A stretch of 64,000 bases of DNA from Alphaproteobacteria bacterium. Lineage in GTDB: Bacteria > Pseudomonadota > Alphaproteobacteria > SP197. The notes below the pieces were generated by a model. That model saw only the letters and a list, made by a program, of their open reading frames with translations. It searched no databases and was not told the origin of the DNA. Of the stretch, positions 17,146 to 24,912 are shown one piece after another (the stretch's first letter is position 1; every line of letters starts with the position of its first letter). The stretch lies in the NCBI GenBank assembly GCA_964291415.2, contig OZ219917.1, forward strand, positions 1,056,001 to 1,120,000, in the 5' to 3' direction. The translations under genes were made by a program, and so were the position numbers.

Positions 17146-19518
17146 ATGAGGGCGCCAGTCATGGCAACAATCGGGACCGAACCGGGAGGCGTGGGCGTTG
17201 CCGAGACGAACGTGATTCAACCGACGTTCTGGAATGCTCTTCCCCATTTTCTTCCCATCACCATCTTCCCCCTCATCATCGTGGCGGCGTTGCTGGGAGG
17301 CTGGTGGATCCTTGCCCCCTTCGTTTTCTTCGGGCTCGCCGGCCCGCTCGACCTTGCCTTCGGCATGGACGGGCGGAACATGGATCCGGCGAAGACACCC
17401 GAGCGGCGCCTTTTCTGGCACAATCTCCCGGTCTGGCTGTGGGCCGTTCTGTGGCCTGCAACCTTTGTCTTCACGGCCTGGCAGATTCTTGTTTCCGGCC
17501 ACCTGACCGACTTGGAAGGCGCGTTGATGGTGTTCGTCCTGGCCATGGAGGCCCAGGCGGTCTTCATCGTCGGCCACGAGCTCATCCATCGCCGACGGCA
17601 ATGGGAACGCCGCCTCGGCGAGTTCCTGCTCGCTTCGGCTTCCTATCCGCAGTACGCCACGGAACATGTCTACATTCACCATGCCTTTGTCGGAACACCG
17701 CTGGATGTGGGATCGGCTCCAAGGGGTGAAAGCCTGTGGCACTACTTCCCTCGCGAGGTTGCCAACAACCTTCTCGGTTCGTGGCGTGTGGCGCGCGAGC
17801 GTCTGGCGCGCAAGGGACTGCCGGTCTGGCACCGCAGCAACCCGTTCTGGCGCTATGGCCTGGCGACGGCGTTCTGGTATGCCGTCGTCTTCGCGTTGGG
17901 CGGACCATGGGCGATTCCGGTCTACATGGCGCTCTGTCTCGGCGTTGTCTTCTCGATGAAAGTGTCCAACTACATCCAGCACTATGGGTTGCGGCGCGTG
18001 CGTGTGGCCGGAGGGCGTTTCGAGAAGATCCTGCCCCGGCATTCGTGGAGTGTGGACTACAGGTTCAGCAACTGGATGTTCTTCAACATGCAGCGTCATG
18101 CGGATCATCATGCCGTCTGGGGGCGCCGCTATCCCCTCCTGCAGTTCCGTGGCGCCGACGAGTCGCCGCAGCTGCCCGGGAGCTACGGCAAGATGTTCGG
18201 GCTGGCCGTGCGACCGAAACGCTGGTTCGAGACGATGGATCCGCTGGTCGACGAGTGGCGGGCGCGGTTCTATCCGCACATCGACGACTGGAGTGCCTAC
18301 GACAGCCCGGTGTCCGCCACGCGACCGGAGTCCTTTGACGCAATCGTTGAAATCTACGCCGCGGCGCCGCGGCTTGCCGGCTGGATAGAACGTCAGCCGG
18401 ATCTTCTCGACGAGTTGCGCAGCAAGGAGTTCACCGATCTTGATCTCCCGAAGGGATTCGGCCCCGACGCCGGGGCCGAGACAATCGCCCGGCAGGGCCT
18501 GACACGCCTCTACTGGACCCACGAGTTCGGGGTCGCCGACATGAAGGAGGAAATTGCCGAAACACCGGTTCAGGATGCCGGAGACCTCGTGGAACTCGTC
18601 CGCGGCTGGTCGAACCGCAAGGCCTTCCAGGTCGGCATGCACACGTTGCGGGGCAACCTCACGCCGGTGGAGGCAGGCGGGGCACTGGCCAGCATCGCCG
18701 AAGCGGCGATCGCCGCGATTCTCCAGGCTGTCGTGATCGACACGACCGAGCGCACCGGCGCGCCTTTCGATGGCGGCATCGCCGCGCTGGTTCAGGGCGA
18801 CCTTGCCACCCGGGAGGTGGCGCCGGACACCCCGATGGAGGTCATGTTCGTCCGCGACGGGGATTCCAGGGCCAGTCACGAAACGCTCTGTCGGGAGTTC
18901 CGCGACGCTCTTGGGGAACTCGCGCAGGACAGCCTGCTGTTCGCACCCGCAGGGGCCGGCGACGCGGGGAAGGACGTGTGGTCCCTCGAGGAGTTTGTCG
19001 CGTGCCACAGTGAGCCGGGTGAGGACCTTGCGCGCCTCGCCCGTGCGCGGTGCGTGTTCACCGGCGGCGAAACGGACCTTGGCGAGCGAATCGCGGCAGC
19101 AAGACGGGAGCTTCACGTTCCGAAGGGCGCGGGCACCGATGATCCTGCCGACATCGAAGAGGCGGCGCTCATCCTGCAGCTGACCCTCGCCATGGAGGAA
19201 CCCGCGCCTGCGGCCGGTTCGGTCTTCCGGCGTGCCAGGGAAAAGGGACTGCTTGCGGCCGCGGCCGCCGATGATCTGTGTGAAGCCGCCGCTCTCTGGC
19301 GCAACCTGAATGGAATCCAGCGCCTGGTGATTGAGGGGGGTGTTGTGGACGACGCCGTGCCGGAAAGGGTCAGGGCCGTCATCGCGCGCTCCTGCGGCAT
19401 GGCGGGATACGATGCCCTTGAAGCCGCCATGGCCGACGTGACGTCAAGGGCAGGTCATGCCGTCGCGTCGCTCCCTTCTCTGGCCGATGGCGAAGCGCCC
19501 GCGGACGAGTCCGGCTGA
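17146..19518 (+). CDS. AlkB-like membrane diiron monooxygenase/desaturase fused to a degenerate GlnE adenylyltransferase-like domain
   Basis: His boxes HELIH, EHVYIHH, NYIQHYG, MQRHADHH. The C-half follows GlnE motifs (APRLA..I...PDLLD, GDLATREV..., ARAR, DIE...ILQL). Exact start uncertain (17146/17161). Confidence 0.8.
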   Translation: MRAPVMATIGTEPGGVGVAETNVIQPTFWNALPHFLPITIFPLIIVAALLGGWWILAPFVFFGLAGPLDLAFGMDGRNMDPAKTPERRLFWHNLPVWLWAVLWPATFVFTAWQILVSGHLTDLEGALMVFVLAMEAQAVFIVGHELIHRRRQWERRLGEFLLASASYPQYATEHVYIHHAFVGTPLDVGSAPRGESLWHYFPREVANNLLGSWRVARERLARKGLPVWHRSNPFWRYGLATAFWYAVVFALGGPWAIPVYMALCLGVVFSMKVSNYIQHYGLRRVRVAGGRFEKILPRHSWSVDYRFSNWMFFNMQRHADHHAVWGRRYPLLQFRGADESPQLPGSYGKMFGLAVRPKRWFETMDPLVDEWRARFYPHIDDWSAYDSPVSATRPESFDAIVEIYAAAPRLAGWIERQPDLLDELRSKEFTDLDLPKGFGPDAGAETIARQGLTRLYWTHEFGVADMKEEIAETPVQDAGDLVELVRGWSNRKAFQVGMHTLRGNLTPVEAGGALASIAEAAIAAILQAVVIDTTERTGAPFDGGIAALVQGDLATREVAPDTPMEVMFVRDGDSRASHETLCREFRDALGELAQDSLLFAPAGAGDAGKDVWSLEEFVACHSEPGEDLARLARARCVFTGGETDLGERIAAARRELHVPKGAGTDDPADIEEAALILQLTLAMEEPAPAAGSVFRRAREKGLLAAAAADDLCEAAALWRNLNGIQRLVIEGGVVDDAVPERVRAVIARSCGMAGYDALEAAMADVTSRAGHAVASLPSLADGEAPADESG

Positions 19519-19535
19519 CGCATCCCGCATGTCAC

Positions 19536-20864
19536 ATGGCCCGCGATACTGGATATCCCCTGCAGAGCCCCATCGACGCGACAGACAAGCTCGCGGCGCG
19601 GGCCGGCTCTGACAGGGACTTTCGCCAGCGTCTCCTGGCACATCCCAGGGAGACCATCGAATCGGAACTCGGTGTGACCCTCGACGCAGATCAGGAAATC
19701 CATGTGCACGAAGAGTCGTGCACGGCCACCCACGTGGTGCTGCCACCGCTGGACAGGTACTCCAGGGCTGAGCGCGAGGAAGCGAAGACCGGCGCCGGAT
19801 CGTTGGAGTTCCTCCGCAGGACACTCCATGATCCGGCGCCGCCCGCGCGCGCCGCTGCCCCTGACCCGGCGAGACGCCGCGGAACCACGGCCTCTCCCCG
19901 GGCGCTTGCAGGAGAGGGCCGGCAGAGCATCCGCCGGGGTCTCGCGTTTCTCGAGACGACCATGGACGAACGGGGGGCATGGCACTGCATCCGGTTCAAC
20001 ATCGCCGATCCGGCGATACCGCGGCACTTTGAACGGCCGCCCTTCATCTCGGCGCTGTGCGCACTCGCCCTCGAGGCGTGCACTGAAGAGCGGGCCAGTT
20101 CCATCCGCGCGGCGACCAGGAGATATCTCGTCCACTCCATGGAGTACCCGGGGCTGTGGCGCTACTACCGCCACCTTCCCGCGGATCTGGACAGCACGTC
20201 GCTGTGCTCCCTTGCCCTCTCCGGTCATTCGTGGATCGCTCTGGGCAGGAATGTTCCGCACATGCTGGCGAACCGCGACGCCGATGGCCTTTTCCAGACC
20301 TGGCTGCTGTCGGAAGACGAACCCGATGTCGCGTCGGACTTCCGTATCGAGGCCGACCCCGTTGTCAATGCGAATGTCATCGCCTGCCTTGGCTGTCACC
20401 CCGCGACCAGGGAAGCCCGGCACTGGCTGGAGAACAAGGTCGTCGAAGACCGGCTTGAGAACGCGTCCAAGTGGTATCCCGACACGATCACGGCCTACTA
20501 CGCGATCGGCCGCGCCATGGTCCGGGCCGCCCCGGCCCTTGAGGGACTGCGCCCGGTTCTCGTTGAACGCATCCTGGCGCTCTGCGATGACGAGGGGGGA
20601 TGCGGCAATCTCCTGCAGACCTCCCAGGCCGTCACGGCGCTTCACACCATCGGGGGTCTTGAAGCCATTGACGTGACGCGCCAGGTGGAACGCTTCGTCG
20701 ATGCGCAACGGGACGATGGCAGCTGGCCGGAGTATCTGGCGTTTGGCGATCAGTCGCTGCGGTGGGGTGCGATCGGGCAGATCGGTCACGGTTCCGAGTC
20801 CGTGACTTCCGCGTTCTGCATCGAGGCCCTGGGGCACATGATCAACATCCTCGAGGGACGATGA
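19536..20864 (+). CDS. NHLP leader domain fused to a class II terpene cyclase/prenyltransferase-like (alpha/alpha) barrel
   Basis: N-term A.SD.DFRQRLLAHP..TIE.ELG...IHVHEE....H.VLPP; C-term PADLDSTS, DPVVNAN, QRDDGSW (QW repeat). Confidence 0.75.
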   Translation: MARDTGYPLQSPIDATDKLAARAGSDRDFRQRLLAHPRETIESELGVTLDADQEIHVHEESCTATHVVLPPLDRYSRAEREEAKTGAGSLEFLRRTLHDPAPPARAAAPDPARRRGTTASPRALAGEGRQSIRRGLAFLETTMDERGAWHCIRFNIADPAIPRHFERPPFISALCALALEACTEERASSIRAATRRYLVHSMEYPGLWRYYRHLPADLDSTSLCSLALSGHSWIALGRNVPHMLANRDADGLFQTWLLSEDEPDVASDFRIEADPVVNANVIACLGCHPATREARHWLENKVVEDRLENASKWYPDTITAYYAIGRAMVRAAPALEGLRPVLVERILALCDDEGGCGNLLQTSQAVTALHTIGGLEAIDVTRQVERFVDAQRDDGSWPEYLAFGDQSLRWGAIGQIGHGSESVTSAFCIEALGHMINILEGR

Positions 20865-21024
20865 AGGGGAAGGGGCGCGTTTGGGCACCTGACGCCTGCC
20901 GGTTCTTCATGTTGCCGGCCATGCGGGCGAGTTCCTGCCTTGCGCCGGCGGCCCTGCTCGACAGACGGGTTCCGGCGCATGCAGGATCCCTGGAATCGAG
21001 TCGTTTCCGGGGACGTTCGCGGGT

Positions 21025-23346
21025 GTGGACGACAGCACCGTGACCGCAGGCACGACCCCACAGGGGATCCTGACCAGGTGGACTCCCGGGGATCGGGGTT
21101 CCGTCAGGACACCCTTGCTCACTCCGCACCTTGAGTTCCGCGCGATTGGTGACGATCGGGCGCTGCTGGTCTCCGAATCCTTCAACACCCTGCTGCATGG
21201 CAGACTGTGCTGCGATCTGATGCCTCTTCTCGACGGACGGCGCGAGGAGGATGGCATCATCGCGGCTCTCGACGGGATCCACGACGCCCGCGACGTTCGT
21301 TCCACCATCTCCTCGCTTTCCGAAAAGGGCTACGTTGTTTCAGGCGAACATGCGATGGACCGGCAGCGGGCGGCCTGGTGGACGTCGCTTGGTGCATCCC
21401 CACGCTGGGTCGAGGAACAGCTGGCGCTCTCGCGGGTTGTGGTCGAGGGAGATGAGGGAGAACTGGCCGCCTGCCTTGCCGTGTGCGGTGCCGTTTCGGG
21501 AGCCGAGGGGAAGGCCAGTCTCAGGATTGTTGTCTGCAACGATTATCTGGAACCGCGCCTCGAGGAGGTGAACCGGAGACAGCGCGAGGCGGACGAGCCG
21601 TGGATGCTTGCGCGGCCCCATGGCGTGCAGGCGCTCTTCGGTCCCGTCTTCCGGCGCCAGGGGCCCTGCTGGGAATGTCTGGCCAGCCGCATGCGCAGCC
21701 ACCAGGAAGTCCACGCGTTCCTTCGCAATGTGGCCGGAGAGGACGCCGCCTTCAGACCATTTGCCTCGGAAGGCGTGGTGCGGGACGGATTGTTGAGGCT
21801 GATTGCCGCAGAGATCGTCAAGTGGCTGGTCCTTGGCGAGACGGCTGCCGTCCATGATGAAGTGATCGCCGTCGATACCGGCGACTTTGCTGTTTCACGG
21901 CATCGGGTCATGCGCCGGCCGCAGTGCCGCGCCTGTGGAGACGATGGGTTGCACAGATCCGACCGTGCGCCGGTACCGGTGTGCCTGAACGCAAGTCCAA
22001 AGGCTGTTCGGACCAGTGGCGGTGCACGCTGCGTGGCGCCGGAAGCGACCCTGGCGACCTACCGGCACCTGGTCAGTCCGGTCAGTGGTGTCGTGACCTG
22101 GCTGTCGCGTACCACCGATGAAAGCGACCCGTGGCTTCATGTCGACTGGGCCGGAAGCAACCTGGGCATGAGGAGCCGCAGCCTGGCCTCCCTCAGGCGC
22201 AGTCTTCGCAGCAAGAGCGCCGGCAAGGGGAGCACGCCGGTGCAATCCAGGGTCTCTGCCCTTTGCGAGGCGATCGAGCGCCATAGCGGAACCCGGTCAG
22301 GTGACGAGATCCGCATTCGCAGGACATTCAACGGGTTCGACGGGAACGAAAGCGCGATTCACCCCAACGACGTGCAGTTGTTCAGCGACAACCAGCTCGA
22401 CAACGCAAAAGACATCAACGAGAAGGGTCACCCCTACAACATCGTGCCGGCCCGCTTCGACCCTGACGCGGCGGTCGACTGGACTCCGGTGTGGTCGCTG
22501 ACCCAGCGGCGACATCGCTATCTGCCGACGTCGATGCTTTACAGCATGGCGGCCGAGGAGCGTGGTCCGGCGGACCTGATCGCCGATTCCAACGGTTGCG
22601 CTGCCGGCAACACCCTGGAAGAGGCCATCCTGCAAGGCTTCTATGAACTCGTCGAACGCGATGCCTTCGCCATCTGGTGGTACAACCGGCTCAACATGCC
22701 GGCGGTCGATCCCTGCGCCTTCGATGACCCGTACCTTCTCGATGCAACGGCCGTCTACGCCCGCCACGGGAGGGAAGTGTGGATGCTCGACATCACGTCC
22801 GATTTCGGTATCCCAACCTTCGTGGCACTCTCTCGCAGAGTCGACGCCGCCAGCGAGGACATCATCTACGGCGCCGGGACCCATGCCGTTCCGCGACTGG
22901 CCGCCCTGCGGGCGGTGTGCGAACTGAACCAGTGTCTGACGTGGCTGCCGCGGCCCGGAAGCCGCGACGGCCGGCCGACGATCGATGACCCGTTTGTGCT
23001 GTCATGGTGGAGAACCGCGCGCCTTGCCGGATGCCCGTGGCTGGCGCCGGCAACCGAGGGGACGGCTGGCAGGGCGTCGCAGCCTTCCATCGCAGACTCG
23101 GCGGATACGCGCGACGATGTGGAAAGCTGCCGCGCGCTTGTGGAAGCCAGGGGCATGGAGTTCCTGGTGCTTGACCAGACCCGCCCCGACATCGGAATGC
23201 CGGTTGTCCGTGTCATCGTGCCGGGGATGCGCCACTTCTGGGAACGCTTTGCCCCGGGCCGTCTCTACGAGGTGCCTGTCAGCCTGGGATACCGGGCGCA
23301 TCCGCCTGGTGAATCCGACCTCAACACCGCGCCTGTCATTGCCTGA
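21025..23346 (+). CDS. srpC: Fused TOMM cyclodehydratase (RRE + E1/ocin-ThiF + YcaO)
   Basis: GP.F....PCWECL, RPQCRACG, SAGKG, SALCEAIER, SNGCAAGNTLEEA, ELVERDA, RVIVPG. The gene symbol is assigned by analogy to the srp clusters. Confidence 0.9.
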   Translation: MDDSTVTAGTTPQGILTRWTPGDRGSVRTPLLTPHLEFRAIGDDRALLVSESFNTLLHGRLCCDLMPLLDGRREEDGIIAALDGIHDARDVRSTISSLSEKGYVVSGEHAMDRQRAAWWTSLGASPRWVEEQLALSRVVVEGDEGELAACLAVCGAVSGAEGKASLRIVVCNDYLEPRLEEVNRRQREADEPWMLARPHGVQALFGPVFRRQGPCWECLASRMRSHQEVHAFLRNVAGEDAAFRPFASEGVVRDGLLRLIAAEIVKWLVLGETAAVHDEVIAVDTGDFAVSRHRVMRRPQCRACGDDGLHRSDRAPVPVCLNASPKAVRTSGGARCVAPEATLATYRHLVSPVSGVVTWLSRTTDESDPWLHVDWAGSNLGMRSRSLASLRRSLRSKSAGKGSTPVQSRVSALCEAIERHSGTRSGDEIRIRRTFNGFDGNESAIHPNDVQLFSDNQLDNAKDINEKGHPYNIVPARFDPDAAVDWTPVWSLTQRRHRYLPTSMLYSMAAEERGPADLIADSNGCAAGNTLEEAILQGFYELVERDAFAIWWYNRLNMPAVDPCAFDDPYLLDATAVYARHGREVWMLDITSDFGIPTFVALSRRVDAASEDIIYGAGTHAVPRLAALRAVCELNQCLTWLPRPGSRDGRPTIDDPFVLSWWRTARLAGCPWLAPATEGTAGRASQPSIADSADTRDDVESCRALVEARGMEFLVLDQTRPDIGMPVVRVIVPGMRHFWERFAPGRLYEVPVSLGYRAHPPGESDLNTAPVIA

Positions 23347-23355
23347 GGGAGTGTC

Positions 23356-24534
23356 ATGGACACAGACAAGGCCATCGCACTGACCCAGGACCTTCTGGCC
23401 CAGGAGGGCGGGACCATGGGCGACCTGCTCGGTCACTTCCGGAACAGGGTGTCGCCGACCCTCATCGATGACGCTGAATGGGATCGTGTCCTGGCATGCG
23501 CCCGAACCCTTCCCATCACGATGGGCGCGCTTCCCTTCGGTTTTGAACTGCCGCTGCATGTGCCGGAGCCACAGGCGGATCTAGGCGTATCCATGGCGAG
23601 TGGAACCAGATCGGCGGAGTTCTTCCGGGAGCGCGCCCGGGTTCACAGGACCGATGATACCCTCGGCACACTCATGCGACTCTTCGATCACATGGAAGGC
23701 GGGGTCTCACCCTTGCGCGACATTGTCGGCCGCAAGGTGATGCTGGAGTACGACATCGGCTCGGCTGAAGGCGGTACGCCTTCGCGTCCGGCCTTGTTCC
23801 TGAGGCCCGGTGAACGACCGATCGTCGGCGCGGGCGGCCAGGTCGATGATGTCCTGCTGGTGGGCGATGCCCTTGTTTCGAGTCACGGCTGGACGATGGG
23901 TGCAGGCCAGCGCAAGGCACTCTCGCAGGCCTACCTGGCGCAGCCGGAGGATACGCGCATGGACTCGTTCGGGATGTTCCCGTCCCGCTCACGCGCCGTC
24001 CGGCTGGCCATCATGGGGTTCGCAAACCGCCGGCAGATCGAAACCTACCTGGACAAGGCGGGGTGGCCAGGCGAAGCCGCGGCCGTCGATGCGGTCATGG
24101 CACGTTTCATGGAACGCGTGAACATCGTCAGGACCGGGGTGAACATTGACGTGACGGAAGAGGGGCTGGGCCCCGCCCTCGGTCTGACGCCGATCGTCCG
24201 GCAGAGGTACACCAAGGATTCACGGTACTGGCTCGATGGCCTGACCGACTGGGCGCCGTTCCTGGACGCCCTGAGTCACGAGGACATTGTCGTGCCCGGC
24301 AAGCTGGAAGCGCTGGCAGGCTGGGTCTCGAAACCGGAACACCTGTTCGCACGGTCCGGACGCTACGTGCTGCTGCGAGGCATCCACCATGTCAAGCTGG
24401 TCATTTCGGCGAACCGGCTCTGCAAGGCCAAGGCCTATGTCTTCATGGTGCTTGTCGGGCGCCGTGTCACTCTGACGCCGAACACAACGGCCCCCGATCC
24501 GGATCGAACCGGGGCAATCCTCGCAGGTTCTTGA
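23356..24534 (+). CDS. Conserved RiPP-associated protein, probable ABBA-like aromatic prenyltransferase
   Basis: FGFE.PL...ADLG, LEYD, SR...VRL, W..FLD.L, RGIHHVKL, KAYV; translationally close to YcaO (9-nt gap). The function is inferred. Confidence 0.45.
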   Translation: MDTDKAIALTQDLLAQEGGTMGDLLGHFRNRVSPTLIDDAEWDRVLACARTLPITMGALPFGFELPLHVPEPQADLGVSMASGTRSAEFFRERARVHRTDDTLGTLMRLFDHMEGGVSPLRDIVGRKVMLEYDIGSAEGGTPSRPALFLRPGERPIVGAGGQVDDVLLVGDALVSSHGWTMGAGQRKALSQAYLAQPEDTRMDSFGMFPSRSRAVRLAIMGFANRRQIETYLDKAGWPGEAAAVDAVMARFMERVNIVRTGVNIDVTEEGLGPALGLTPIVRQRYTKDSRYWLDGLTDWAPFLDALSHEDIVVPGKLEALAGWVSKPEHLFARSGRYVLLRGIHHVKLVISANRLCKAKAYVFMVLVGRRVTLTPNTTAPDPDRTGAILAGS

Positions 24535-24570
24535 GGGCGCGCCGCCGTCACGGCGCGCCGACAACGGCAG

Positions 24571-24822
24571 TTACCAGCAGCAGCACAGACCGGCCGAGAC
24601 CGCTTCGAGCTGCTCTTCGGTAATGTTCGGGTCGGGCGGCAGTGCAACATGCACCGTCTGCATGTCACTCTGATGAACCACGACGTTCATCGAGTCTGGA
24701 ATCGTGATTCCAAGTTCGTTGCAGATGGTCCCTTTCGGATCTGCAAGAAGCTCTTGCCTGAAACCGGCGTCGACAGCGGATTTGTCGACAATCTGCTGCA
24801 ACATCTCATTGCCGTTTCTCAT
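24571..24822 (-). CDS. srpE: Proteusin (NHLP) precursor peptide, 83 aa, core LCCCW after the AG cleavage motif
   Basis: MRNGNEMLQQIVDKSAVDAGFRQELLADPK...HVALPP...EEQLEAVSAG|LCCCW; GGAGAG RBS upstream of the ATG at 24822. Confidence 0.93.
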   Translation of the reverse strand: MRNGNEMLQQIVDKSAVDAGFRQELLADPKGTICNELGITIPDSMNVVVHQSDMQTVHVALPPDPNITEEQLEAVSAGLCCCW

Positions 24823-24884
24823 GGCCACTCTCCACTGATCTACCTTAATTGTGCCGGCGAGTATGCCGGAATCCTCATTGAAAA

Positions 24885-24912
24885 AGTGTACAGGCCGGAT
24901 TTGCCGGGTCAA
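24885..24912 (-). promoter_or_regulatory. Putative dedicated sigma70 promoter of the precursor gene
   Basis: Minus strand TTGACC-N16-TACACT; the -35 overlaps the MMPL stop codon. Confidence 0.5.

Noticed and set aside
16357-19116. 919-aa minus-strand ORF and similar long antisense ORFs (2058..3662, 46591..48585, 50264..52309, 57501..59486)
   Set aside because: Shadow ORFs opposite well-supported genes, with no recognisable motifs.
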